Shown here piece after piece: positions 25,213-37,350 of a stretch of DNA of 64,000 nt (within the stretch, counting starts at the first letter, position 1; each line of letters begins with the position of its first letter). The notes beneath the pieces were generated by a model. The model was not told the origin of the DNA. It did no database searches and worked only from the letters and a program-made list of their open reading frames with translations. Both the position numbers and the translations under genes were made by a program. Origin of the DNA: Lama guanicoe (lineage: Eukaryota); NCBI GenBank assembly GCA_013239625.1, contig MU056379.1, forward strand, positions 3,246,895 to 3,310,894. Reading direction: 5' to 3'.

Positions 25213-25402
25213 CAGGATTGCCAGATGACATACAGGATGCCCACTTAAATTTGAATTTCAGACGAATGGCAATAATTATTTGGTTTAAGTATGTCCCGTA
25301 TAATACTTGGGACATACTTATACTAAAAAATGATCTGTTGTTCATCTGAAATTCAAATTTAATTGGGCATCTGGTTTTTCAGTTTGCTAAATCTGCCAAC
25401 CA
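25213..25402. mobile_element. MER53 palindromic hAT MITE, near full length
   Basis: caggattgccagat...ttaaatttgaatttcaga...aagtatgtccc / gggacatactt...tctgaaattcaaatttaa...atctgccaacc; self-complementary and matching the MER53 pattern. Confidence 0.9.
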
Positions 25403-26367
25403 TATTCCATTCCACCACTGAGCTGAGAGTCAGAAGCCCCAGAGTCAGTTCCCAGCTCTGTTTCTAACACGCTGGGGGGACCTTGGGAAACCCACTGCCC
25501 CTCTCTGAGTCTTGGTCACTTCCAGACTTGAATGTAACATCCTTGCCATCTCCGGGGCCAGGCTGACTGTTTCCAAGGCAGTAAGTATGAGTCACAGGTC
25601 CCTGGAAAGGCATTGAGCTGTCTGTAAAGGAATACAGGGCCTTGCTCACTAAGAGATCAGTATTTTCCTCTTGTGGGTTTGATCCGCATGAATGGTTTTC
25701 CAGAGTCTTCTTGCCTTGGGGATGCTGGTGAGATGAGACTGAAACTGAGGGCAGATCTTGGGCAATGGAGCTTTCCGGGGTGTGTGTTTTTCTCTCTCCT
25801 CTGTCTCCTTCCTTCCTCCTCCTTCCTCGGCTTCTTACTTCCTCTGACATCCTCACTGCACCTAGACAACACCTCCTCCCTACCAAACAGAAGGAGCAGG
25901 TAGCTGGTGTGGGCCTACTACGTGCCAGGCTCTAGGCCTCAATGCTAAGGACACAGTCCCTACTTACATGGAGCTTCCAGTCTGGGAATGGGGTGTAGCG
26001 GTGTTGCGGTGGGGGGGGGGTAAATGCAACCACTTACATGTATATGTCATGGCAAACTTTGACAGGAGCCCCAGAGGCAAAGAACAGAGTGCTTGGAGGG
26101 CACATCAGTGACAAGGAACCTGACCTCCCTTCCTTGAGGAAGTATCCTGGGAAACAAAATCTGAAGAGTGAAGGGAGGGGGAGGGCCATCCATCCAGCAG
26201 AGGAAACAGGACATGCACAGGAGATCTCCAAGGAGCACGGTGGCTGGCTTGCCTGGCGTGGCTAGAGGTGGAGGAAAGAGCAGAGGGTGGCCAAGATGGG
26301 AGTGGACACGTTGACAGGGTCAGACAGGCTGAGCAGTGGAGACAGAAGAATGTGAGTCTTTCACCCA

Positions 26368-27350
26368 ACTTATAACCCAGCAATTCCACTCCTAATTCCA
26401 CATCTGNNNNNNNNNNNNNNNNNNNNNNNNNNNNNNNNNNNNNNNNNNNNNNNNNNNNNNNNNNNNNNNNNNNNNNNNNNNNNNNNNNNNNNNNNNNNNN
26501 NNNNNNNNNNNNNNNNNNNNNNNNNNNNNNNNNNNNNNNNNNNNNNNNNNNNNNNNNNNNNNNNNNNNNNNNNNNNNNNNNNNNNNNNNNNNNNNNNNNN
26601 NNNNNNNNNNNNNNNTCAAAGCCAGCAATGGCTGGTCAAGTCTTTCTCACGCTGTCACCTGTCTGGTTCTCTCATCCAGCTTGCCTCCCCTACTTGTAAG
26701 GACACTGGTAGTCACACTGGGCCCATCCAGATAATCCAGGATAGCACCCCCATCTCAGGGCCAACTAATTAGCAACCTTAATTCCACCTGCAACTTTAAT
26801 TTTCCTTTGCCATGTACTCAAACACATTCACAGGTTCTGGGGATTAAGACGTGGACATCACTAGGGGTCCATTATTTTGCCAACTACTCAATCCAAGAAA
26901 AATAAGTGTAATGGCCACCAAAAGACTTGTACAAGAGTGTTCATAGCTGCCTTTTTCATTACAGCCCCAAACCAGAAAAAGCCACATATCCATCAACAGC
27001 AGAATAGACAAACAAATCTTGGTATATTTTTCTAATGAAATATGATACAGAAAAAAAAAAAGAATGAACTACTGATACACATAATAACATGGATGAATCT
27101 CACAGGCATAATATTGAGCAAAAGAAGTCAGACACAAGAGTACATACTATTTGATTCCATTTGTAGGGAGTTCAAGAACAGACAAATCTACAGCATGGAA
27201 GTACAACTGTTTACTTCTAGGGGGTGGGTATTGACTGTTAAGGGCACAAAGAACTGGAAATATTTCCATATCTTCACCTGGGTGTGGTCACAGGTATATA
27301 CATATGTAGGAATCCACCAAGGTGTACACTTCATTGTATACCTAACCAAA
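26368..27350 (+). mobile_element. L1M 3' fragment interrupted by an MLT1 LTR
   Basis: ataacccagcaattccactccta before the gap; caaaagacttgtacaagagtgttcatagc...acatggatgaatctcacaggcataatattgagcaaaagaag after the LTR. Confidence 0.8.
26616..26890 (-). mobile_element. MLT1C/D-like MaLR LTR (part lies in the gap)
   Basis: ctgggcccatccagataatccaggat, ttaattccacctgcaac, cacaggttctggggattaagacgtggacatc. Confidence 0.85.
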
Positions 27351-27626
27351 AAATGGGGTCTGTACTTGAAGAGTGGTAAGAAACCCCAGCAAGATTTTAT
27401 GCAGTCACATGATATAATCTGATGTTCATTTATAAAAGGTCAGTCTATCTCTTGGGTGGAAAATAGATGAGATGTGAAAACAGGTAGGAGCCTATTGCAG
27501 TGACACTGAAGAGAGGCAAGGGTGTCCTGGACTTGAGTGGTACTGGTGGAAATGGACAAAAGTGGGTAGTTTCAAAGATATTTAGGAGGAAGAATCAACA
27601 GGACATGTTTTAGGATATGGCTGGAC

Positions 27627-27836
27627 AGATGGATGGCTGGATGGATGGAAGAGGTGATGGATAGATAGGTGGATGGATGGATGGACAGCTTGATGGATGT
27701 GTGGATGAGGGGATGGATGGGGGTGGGTGGATGGAGGAGTGGGTGGATGGGTGTAGGTGGACCATGGACAGACTGGGTGGAAGAGTGAGTGAGTGGATGA
27801 ATGGGTGGGTAGGTGGGTGAATGGGTAAATGGATGA
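27627..27836. repeat. Degenerate (GGAT/GGGT)n simple repeat
   Basis: Read directly from the sequence. Confidence 0.9.
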
Positions 27837-29851
27837 ACACCCTCAAGAGGACCAGCTACTCTTGTTATTGTTGTCCAGAAAGTGCAAATGAATCACACTA
27901 GTCAGTAAGCTCACAAGCTTTCCCCTGAGACATCTGTGTTTACAGTCTCATGGCTCCCCAGTGCCCCAAGGAGAAAAACTAGTTACTACAATGCCCATTA
28001 GGGAACAGACACTTACAAACAGGCTGGTTTAATGAGATGCAAGGATCCCCCAGTCCTCTGGGCATTACAGTGAAAGTGCTCGTGATACCCAAGTGAAAGG
28101 GGGATGAGATAAAAATGGAAACACCTCCCAGAACATCTTCCCCTTGGAAGCCACCGGCCTTCTTTCTCCCCCTACCCTCACCACCACCCATTACTCTCAC
28201 CTCCTCCAGCATCTCCACCATTATCACTCTGTCACCACATAGATTTGTTGAGACTCTGATTGTGAATTATGTTTACTCAGCTGAAAGGTATGGCTTGTGG
28301 GCTCCCCTCTGGTGGCAGAGAACAACTTACTTCTCGCACAGAACCTCAGCACATCCCAGTGGTGGCTGATCTTTCAATCCCTGGGAGGTCCAGCCCCCAC
28401 TTCCAGGCTATTTGCCCCCAGGACCCATTCCTGTATCTCACAGTAGGAGGAATAACAAGGCAGGAGAGCAGCAGTTTTCAGAGGGAAGAAAGGCTGAACT
28501 CCTGCCCTTCTGTGATATCCGGGATGACCCTGAGCTGGCTCCAGGTGCCCCAAAGCCCAATTCACATGCGCTTCCTAGACCTGGAACCTGGCTAATTTCT
28601 CTCCCTGTGGGAGTCTGACAGCTCAGCCTCCAGAGCTTTTCTTCCTCCTCCCCAGGCAGGCTGAGTTTGTGCTATCTGGGTAAACAACATTCCCCTTTGT
28701 TGTCAGATACAGATTTATTTACCTGGTGGTGGGACTGAGTGATTCCTTGCCATCTATCCCACCATGGATGCCAGGATTCTGGATGGGAGACAGTACCCTC
28801 CAACACTCAGGGACGGGGGGCCCAGCATCAGGGGGTGGGTAATGATCTCACACAGGCTACTGAGAAAGTCACATTTACTATTTCACTCAGGGGCCTCTCT
28901 GGATTTTTGCATCTGGGAACAAGCTAGGCTAAAGTCACCATGTCCTGAGCTGTGATTTCATCCAGTTATCCTATACCCTGCATCCAAGCTAAATTGTAGT
29001 CATTGAATCTCCTGCAGCCATGAGCAGATACTTCATACTTTAAAACCTTGCATGCTTTGAATCCCCCAGCCTTAAGCCAGTATGCCACGCTGGCTTTCCC
29101 TCCCTTGGGCTGTGAGGAAAGGTGGTCCCTCAATTGCTGGGACCATGGGGCAGTACAGTAAGGGGTTTGGTGCCCAGCTCAGGAATTCTGCAGTTGTCTT
29201 TCTGCAGGCAGCTCTAACCTGATGCAATCACTGGCCAAGCCATCCCATTATGCAGCTGCTGGGAGCTGAGAGTCTGGGGCAGGGCACAGCTGCGCCAGCT
29301 GTTGGAGACAGATTATGCGACGAAGCTGGGCCGTGACTCACATTCCAACACAGGGGAAATCGCAAAAGTTATACACTGTCTTTGGGATGCCAAAAATCAT
29401 CTTGGTTTTGTCTTGCAAGATGTTCAGCTTGCAGAATGTGGGGCAGACGGAGGAAGGGGGTGGGGAGGAGGCGAGGGGGGCAGATCTGTCTCCAGCCGAC
29501 TCTGCCTGTCACACTCCCTCCATCGCTCTAATAACAACACTCAGCATTTAATCAGCCCCTTTGTGGAAGCAGACGATGTCACACTCATTAATTAGTTAAT
29601 CTGCACAGTCCCCCTGGAAGGAGGAGCCATGTTATTATCTCCACTGGGACCCAGGGGGAAACTGAGGCCAGAGTGGGAATTTGGCACTGAGCTGAGGGAA
29701 CACAGTCTGGCAGCTGAACCAGGACCAATCTATGGCTTGCTGCCCATTCTGGTGGACTCACTCTGGTCCTCCTCCCCTGCTCCAGTCTGCTTACAACGTT
29801 GGTACCTCACTCCAAAAACACCTGGGCAAACTCTGTCAGAAAAAGGCCTGA

Positions 29852-29950
29852 GGGGCTGGGGGTATAGCTCAGTGGTACAGCGCATGCTTAGAATGTACCA
29901 GGTCCTGGATCCCCAGTCCAGTACCTCCGTTAAAAAAAACAAACAAAAAA
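29852..29950 (+). mobile_element. tRNA-Ala-derived camelid SINE (Vic-1 type), short form
   Basis: gggggtatagctcagtggtacagcgcatgcttagaatgtaccaggtcctgg...gtacctcc followed by an A-rich tail. Confidence 0.85.
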
Positions 29951-30294
29951 CCCTGAAGGCATTCAGAGGGAAAGGCAAACATGATGCTGGAGTGGAGAGG
30001 GAGCAGCCTAGTGACTGACCAGGTAAGGTCCCCAGGGTATATATACATGCTCTGAACTAGACATCTGTTATGGTATGTTTCTTCCGGAGGGTCTTGGAAC
30101 TAGGAGTGGAGGTGGTGATGGTGACTTCCACCATGGTCAGAATGCCTGCTGTCTGCCTCTTGTTCAGGCAATTCTGAGTTTTGATCATTTAGTGGTTTTA
30201 GAACTGAAGGGAGGAAGGCACCACCAGGAGGCACAATAATGGTTTTGCTGAGCTGGAAACTGGGACTGCCATCTGGCCATTTGGGAATCATCAT

Positions 30295-30298
<4 letters not shown>

Positions 30299-30326
<28 letters not shown>
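30299..30326. repeat. (CA)n microsatellite
   Basis: Read directly from the sequence. Confidence 0.95.
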
Positions 30327-30327
<1 letters not shown>

Positions 30328-30719
30328 GAAGGGTATGTGTGGAACGCAGGGTCTCTGGGGAGCACCTCCTCCACCTGCAGACAGAAGCCTGCTACAATGC
30401 TTTACAGCCAGGATCACCAACAGCTCCAGCTCTCAAGGATGGAGACTCAGGTCAGTCCACCAGGCAAATGAGATGCAGGCTGGAGGCAGGTGGACCGTGG
30501 AATAAAGAGTTAGAGGAAGAAAGTAACAAATGTCTTTTAGGAGTTTGCAACCAGTTGCAAAAATAAAACCTACAGCCTGTATTTATTTCCTTGCTGGTTA
30601 CTGGAGTTGCTGAAGATTTCATAATTAACCCCTTCCCCTTTTCTTTCTAAACAGCAATGATCACCATTAAAAAACATTTTTCATACATGTACTTTTCCTT
30701 TCCATCCATATATATAATA

Positions 30720-30855
30720 GCAGTGCTTGTCAAACTTTAATGTACATAAAAATCAGCAGGGAAATCCTGTTAACCTGCTGAGATTTGGGGGCCGGAGATT
30801 CTGCATTTCTTAAAAGCTTCTGTGATGGTGCTAATGCCACACTTTGAGCAGCAAG
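30720..30855. mobile_element. MER5-like MITE
   Basis: cagtgcttgtcaaactttaatgtacataaaaatca...attctgcatttct...cacactttgagcagcaag. Confidence 0.7.
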
Positions 30856-31083
30856 AATTCAAAGGACAGCTTGGTGGTAGTTAAATGTAATGTTTAATTC
30901 AGTTGTTAAGTGCCCGGACGGGATCACCATCAGCCTTGAGGAGAAACGGACATGGACATCTCCTTGAAGATCTTAACTCTGTTGCTCATCGTGACATCAA
31001 GTCTGGAGGTGGCTGACCAGGGAATATTGGAACACAATATTGTTTGGTGAAGGTGACTTTGGATGAATGAACGGAGGATGCAT

Positions 31084-31085
<2 letters not shown>

Positions 31086-31119
<34 letters not shown>
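31086..31119. repeat. (TG)n microsatellite
   Basis: Read directly from the sequence. Confidence 0.95.
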
Positions 31120-31122
<3 letters not shown>

Positions 31123-31639
31123 TGTGAATTAGTGAGCCCTGGGCAGCTAAGGGGATGGAATGTAGCTGTTATAATTGACCATGCCCCAAGCTGGACCAAG
31201 AAGATTCTTTCTATTGGGAATCTAGAACTTTGAACCAAGGGGCATTGAGTTTAGCAGTTCTGATTCTGATTTATTGCAGTGATCTAGACAGAAGGATCCT
31301 AAACTACTTTGCTACAGTCAGTCCTTAAAGTCTCTCTGATCCCTGCCCTTCCTGAGGTTGGGAGGGTCCAACTTTTTTTTGAATTCCCTGAGGCATCCCA
31401 CTCAGTATTTGTCCTCCCCACCCCAGTTTTTTTTTTAATAAGCTGGAGTTTGCCTTCAAAATAATCACAAGTAATAAAGAACTTTTTTGAGAAGTAGTTC
31501 CCACCTGCTTCATGACAGAAGGGAAGGCTGCCCTGGACTTAGAGTTTCACTTTAAACCCAGAAGTCCAGATAATTTTCAGGCTGACACTCCATCTTAGCC
31601 CCCCTTACACATAGCTCCTTATGGTCCCACTTATACCAA

Positions 31640-32060
31640 ACTGCTGCACATCACCCTGTTTTCTTGGGATGACAAAGGACGCAGAGAACACTTTAGAGGC
31701 ACTCTCCCTCCTGAAACATGCTACTCCTCTTTCCCTTCTGAATTCTCCTCCATCTTTGAGATTCAACTGTGTCATCACGTCCTCCAGACCCACTCCCTCC
31801 CCCAAGGCTTACTTAAGTGCCCCTTCTAAGAGCTCTATCCGCCCTCCCTGCTGAGCTCCTGCACCACAAGCACCCTGTATTATGATGATCTAATAATACC
31901 CACTAGGCTGAGCTCCTTGAGGGCAGGGCCTGGGTTCTGCTTGTCTGTGCCCACCCACTCCCGACACTTAGCACAAGGGACGTGGCACGCGGACAGTGGT
32001 GCTCGGCTCAAAGGCTCAAGGCTAACTCTCAGGGAACGTGTGTTAAGTGAATGAATGGGA
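31640..32060 (+). mobile_element. L2 3' remnant
   Basis: ctgagctccttgagggcagggcc...gtgttaagtgaatgaatg. Confidence 0.55.
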
Positions 32061-32314
32061 GAGTGTGAGGCAGGCTAGAATGGGTGATTTTCTTTCTTTG
32101 CCGGGAATTCACATTTGACCAAGCGCCCTTTTGGATTCTAGGCACGATGCTGGGCACTGTAGGGGTGGGGAGTGAGGAGAGGACACAGATGATGAATATG
32201 TGCTTTGACCTCCCGGGAGCGCTCAGCACCCGGAGGAGGTGGAACTCATCTTTCCCTTTCCTCCTCCCCAATGAACCAGTTCTCCACTGATCCTACACGC
32301 TTTTTTGCCTCTCC

Positions 32315-32960
32315 CACGCTAAACCCGGTCACGCGGGGCCTGAGGGAGAAGGACCCAGGCATCTCCCTTCCCCGCAGGCAGCGCGGCAGGTCCTGCCCCT
32401 CCCGGCCGCCCACGCAACTTCAGCCGCGGCCAGAGCCGGGCGCCCACCGCCCCCACGCCCCGGGCGCGAGCCCGCGAAAGACTCCGCTNNNNNNNNNNNN
32501 NNNNNNNNNNNNNNNNNNNNNNNNNNNNNNNNNNNNNNNNNNNNNNNNNNNNNNNNNNNNNNNNNNNNNNNNNNNNNNNNNNNNNNNNNNNNNNNNNNNN
32601 NNNNNNNNNNNNNNNNNNNNNNNNNNNNNNNNNNNNNNNNNNNNNNNNNNNNNNNNNNNNNNNNNNNNNNNNNNNNNNNNNNNNNNNNNNNNNNNNNNNN
32701 NNNNNNNNNNNNNNNNNNNNNNNNGCCCTGCGGCGGGCTGGAGGTACGGGGAACGGCAGGCGCCGCGGGCCGGGCCCCAGGCGCGGGCGCGGTGCGAGCG
32801 GCGCGGCAGCTGGGCAGTGTCCAGGGCGCGCGGTGGCCCGCCCGATGGGTCTGCAGGCGGAGGTGCGGCTGCCACTCGCGCCCGTGGCAGGTGTGAGATC
32901 CGTGGAGCCCCTGGCACTGGCGTGGGTATGGTGACACCCGTGGCGCGGGCGTGGGCAGCA
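32315..32960 (+). promoter_or_regulatory. CpG island / probable gene promoter (core lost in the N gap 32489-32724)
   Basis: Abrupt switch to very GC- and CpG-rich sequence (e.g. cgcggggcc, gccgcggccagagccgggcgccc, gcgcgggcgcggtgcgagcggcgcgg) on both sides of the gap; it is the only such dense island in the window. Confidence 0.85.
32725..32743 (+). other. DAGLA: 3' end of a probable non-coding first exon (gccctgcggcgggctggag|gtacgg), followed by an intron that apparently runs past the window end; tentatively DAGLA exon 1
   Basis: Seen: donor GAG|GTACGG inside the CpG island, G-rich sequence downstream, and no recognisable coding exon in the next 31 kb. Gene identity is inference from memory only: the human DAGLA 5'UTR has a similar gccctgcggcggg..ggag stretch and a very long intron 1. 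No coding sequence in the window confirms it. Confidence 0.4.
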
Positions 32961-35900
32961 TAGGTCTGGCACAGGCAGCGTGGTTTTACTGTCATGGGTG
33001 TCAAAAGACTCACCCCCACCTTGGTGTGGTGGTGGCTGCCCAGGTGTGAGGCGGGTGCAGCCCTCTGTGCAGGTAGGGGTTGGGCACAGCATTCGGACTG
33101 GTTCTGGGGTGGCGGTGGCCGGCTCGTGGGCGCATGGTGGTGCCCCTGGCATGGGTGGTGAGGAAGTGCTGTCATTAGTAAGGTGTTGGATGGTTCTGGC
33201 CTTGACATGGTCTGGAGTAGTGGCATCCAGGGCTTGAAGAATCGGTGTCCTCATCATGGCAGGAGTTCCTGGCATGACTGTGAGAAATGGCAATGGCCCA
33301 GCCTGATGCCCGGGGCAGCCTGGCCCTGTGAGGGGAGAATCCATGGCCCTCAGACCCTGGTGGATCGGAAGGGTAAACGCCCATCCTCCCACTCTGGTGA
33401 TGATGAGGGGCATGGCCTCTGTCACAGGGGCCACTGTCACACTTTTAATATCTGTTTGGTACACTGGACTGAGGAAGGCAGAAGCTGGGAGAAGGTTGGT
33501 GTCCTTTCTAATGGACAGGAAAGAGAGATGCCAGGTGATGCTTCTAGTATGAGGACCCTGATGATGACCCAGACAGAGACCTGTCCAGGTACTGGCGTTG
33601 TCCTGGGCTCTTGAATTCATCCAGCTTTGGGGAGGAGGGGAGAGGTGGCTTGTTCTCAGCTCTGCTCGCTGTCCCTGAACTTGTGTCCTGAGACACGTGC
33701 AGGGCCGCAAGGTGGGTCACGTCTTTGGGCCAGGGGAGGTGCGGTGCTCTAGCCATCTGTAGTCCCCAGGCCCTGCTTCTTCCTTGAGTTGATGGTTCGC
33801 CCCTTAGAGTCTGGGAGTTGCCTCTCTTTGATAATGGGAAGCCTTTGGGTCTAGAGGATCGTTAGGGGGATGTTCTAAAGATGAGTCTACAGCCACCAGG
33901 AGTGTGCTAGGCTGGCGTCTGGCCTCACCAGCCCTTTGGAAAGCTTTGGGTGAGGGGCCCACTCAGCATCACATGTGCTCTACTTCATAGAGGGGCAATT
34001 TACGGACCCCCCCAAAGAAGTCTTAGGATGTGGGGGAAATTGTTAGGTCTTTGTGGATCTCTTGGGGAAGTGGAATCGGAGGATAGAAGAATAAATGAGG
34101 CTGGGCCTGGGGAAGGCATTAGGAGTCCAGAAAGAAAAATTGAGGGTGTGGGAGACTAGGGTGGGGGTGGCAGCTCATTTGCTAAAGTAGGTGCTTGGGG
34201 ATGCTGCTGAGGTTCCTTAAAGCTGGAGTGTTGTCCCATGCATTTGGAACCAGAAAACGTGAATTCCAGTCTTGCCCATTGACCTTGAGCAGGTGACTTT
34301 ACCTCTCAGAGCCACATCAGAAGTTAGCCACAGAGGAGGACTGGCGGTGCATGTGGAAACCCTTAGTGAAAAGCTGTACAAAGGTTGGGGATTCTCACCA
34401 GGTAAAGAGACCAGGACAGGAGGCGAGAGGAAATGGAGGCATGGAATGTGATTGTGGAGGAAGGCCGCCGGAAGATCAGGGCCTGTCATAGGGAATTAGA
34501 GGCCATGAGCGTAAAGGCTCCTGGTGGGGAAAAGTGGGATCTGTTGACATTGTGAGTCAGCTGCTGAGCTGGAACCAGGCCCCAGGTCTCCCGAGGGCGG
34601 TCCCCAGCATGGCCACAGCAACTGTAGAGTCCTGCAGGAGGGGCCCAAGCAAGTGGGGGCCCTTTGCTGGGGCTGCAGACATGTTCCTGGCCGTGCAGGG
34701 CTGGGAGGTGGCGGTGGCTGACGGATCAGGGGTACCTGTGTGGGAAGGAGACTTGGAAGTGTGTGTGTTTTCTCTTGAGAATTTCCTCTGGCTCTGGGTT
34801 CAGAGGATGTGGGTGGGGAGCAGCCGTATCAGCTTTTTGGGGGCTGTGGCATATATAGGACTGGGTGGTCCTGTGAGGTCTGAGGTCCCATGAGGTTGAA
34901 GATGGATGGCAGGAGGCTGGGGGCCATGGAGGATGCACTTGGATACGTGGGGCAAGGAGAAGGGGGCAACGGACACCCTCAGAGAGGTCCTCTGAGGGTA
35001 GACAGGTATAGTAGGAATTCCCCAGGATGTGGGCCCCCTTCTGGCTGAAGGGCCTTCCCAGGTGGAGAAGATGAGGGCAGCTGCCAATTGCTTTACTTTC
35101 TGCCAGTGAGGCCTAGTTCCTAATAATGGGAGCAGAGCCTGAATTACATACCCCACAGCTAGAAGCCTTTGCACGGGAAGGTCTGTTTCTGGTGAACCCA
35201 GGCCCACTTCTGCAGCATTCCATGTGGGCGTCTGTCTTAGCCAGCAATTCATTGCACAAGCTTGGTCCCCGAGGCAGAAAGTTTTTGCCCTGCGTCCATG
35301 CTGCAGTGTACAGCCACGTGGGGTGAAGGAGGACATGGCCCTGCCAGGCCCAGGGTGGTGAGCTGACTTTTCCAAGCCGAGGCACTTGCCCTGCCCAAGG
35401 CCATGCCACCTGAACACTGCCTGGCTCAGCAAGATCTCCCTCGGCTGCTTGTTCCCGGGTCGGCTCAAGGTGCCTGAGGCCTATCCCACACGCTCCCTGC
35501 AGCCCCTTTCGCTGCCTCCCCATGAGTTACCAGCACTTCAGCTCCTGCTTGGAAAGCAGTCCATAAAGAGGGAGCCTCAGGCCTCCCTGATGTGAATATT
35601 CAGCATTCACGTCCCCTCAGCTCACCCTCCACACCTCCGCCTGTTTGTTCTGATTTGCAGCTCAGCCTTATGTTTTTGGGCTCCAGGAGCCCTTTGCAGC
35701 CACCCCTTGCCATCTGCTTGGGATGCTGGGACTTTGCATAGCCGAGCTGGGTGGCAGGCAGGGCAGATCAGAGATGCTGACCGGAGGAGTTGGCCTCTGT
35801 TTCCCAAAAGCAGAGCAGAGCTTTCTTCGGAGGTTGGAGGCCATGGGGAGCCCAGCCAGGTCACTGCCACCCCCTGTTGTGGTGCTGATTTGAAGCAAAT

Positions 35901-37169
35901 TCCAGCTGGGGCAGGGGGCGGGTAGCATCAGAGCGGCCATTGAGGTGCAAGTGGCTCTCTGGAGCTAAGCTATTTTTCAGATCTGGTCCTCAGTCCTCTT
36001 CCCATTTCTTTGTCCATGTTTCTCCAAAAGTTGCTTAACTCAGCTCTTGGCAACCTTTCCTTCCTCAGCTGCCTCATAAATCATGGTGCCCAGTTGCTCA
36101 GCTTCAGGGGTGCCAGGGAATCGGGCATCTCTGGGCAGAGGCTTCTGGGCCAGAGCTGAGAGCACCAGGCCAGCCAGCCACAGCTGAAGGCATGGCCTGT
36201 TGGTGGAGCCACCTTTCCCTCGGCCCCTCTCCCGGGGCCTAGAAGGACAGCTCTGGGTGTAATCACCTGTTGGCCCAGCACTCCATCTGCGTTCAGTTTC
36301 TCCCTGGAATAGCTTTGCATTATACTCTAACGGAGCGGGCAAGTGGCGCTGGGGGAAGTATCAATGAGCATGCGGTCAGAGAATGATAAATCTTTTAGAA
36401 CAGTGGAGCCTAGGACATTGTGGGATGTGGTTACCTCCCCAGTGGGCAGAGCTGAAGACTGCTTATCTCAATTTTCCTTTTTCCTTTCTGATACTGACTT
36501 TGGCTGGGCTGGATCTCTCTGGGTGGACGGGGGACTGGGTGTGCAGGTGAGGAGGATCCAGGAAACTGCCTTCCCAATGGGAACCTCTTAGCTACTGAAG
36601 GGTCAGGGGAGGGGGACCAGGGAGGTGATGTGGAGGGGAGTAGTGTGGCCACGGGAAAGGGCGTCGGGCAGGGATGCCCAGGTCCTCCACAGGATCAAGG
36701 TGGAGAGACCAAGGGTGGAGCCGATCCCGCTGCAGGGCTGCCCAGGGATTGCATGTATGCAAAGCCACGTGTGCCGGTAAGCCAGCGTTGCCGTGGGAAG
36801 TGAGGGCTGAGGGGGTGTGGAGCGCCTGGTGGCATGGGAACTTGTGGGCTTCTGTGTCTGGCTGGCCCAGTGTCAGTGGGTGTGTGCAGTGGGGTCTTGC
36901 CGGGCTCCACGAAGCAGGAGAGAACAGTGGGAGTAGTGGGTAGGTCTCCTTCCAGCTCCAGGAGGGTTTAACATCTCCGCGTGATCTTACAAGAAGAGCC
37001 TCTCTGCTTTCTCAGTTTTCCTTAGAAGGAAGCCAGGGCTGGGGGTGTGGCTCTGTGATGCCCATATGTGCTTGCACACGCCTGCTTCCACCTCTTCCCC
37101 AAGCCCACTGGGAAGTCACCTGGGGACAGTCTACCTGGGTGACAGAGGAGAGCAGTATAGCCCATGGGC

Positions 37170-37350
37170 CTGACGACTTGAGACTCTGGAGTCAAACAGA
37201 CCCGAGTTTGAATTCTGGTACCTCTCTACACCTCAGTTTCCTCATCTGTAAGGTGGGGACAGTAAAACCTCCCACCAGGTGGTTGTAAGAATCCCACACA
37301 GATGGCTGGTCAGTGGACAGACCCTGACGAGGCAAACACACTCAGTAAAT
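37170..37350 (+). mobile_element. MIR
   Basis: agactctggagtcaaacagacccgagtttgaattc...cctcagtttcctcatctgtaag. Confidence 0.75.

Larger units (their letters stand above)
25905..27620 (-). mobile_element. L2 remnant split by a nested L1M/MLT1 insertion
   Basis: cctactacgtgccaggctctagg...atggagcttccagtctgg on the left; gatatttaggaggaagaatcaacaggac on the right. Confidence 0.6.

Noticed and set aside
30984-31004. Kinase-like AHRDIKS peptide in one + frame
   Set aside because: It lacks the invariant downstream Asn, hits a stop four codons later, and no other kinase motifs are nearby; likely chance.
32319-33710. Longest ORF (463 aa, minus strand) and other ORFs over the CpG island
   Set aside because: They read through an N gap and stop-poor GC-rich DNA, have low-complexity Pro/Ala/Thr translations and no recognisable domain.
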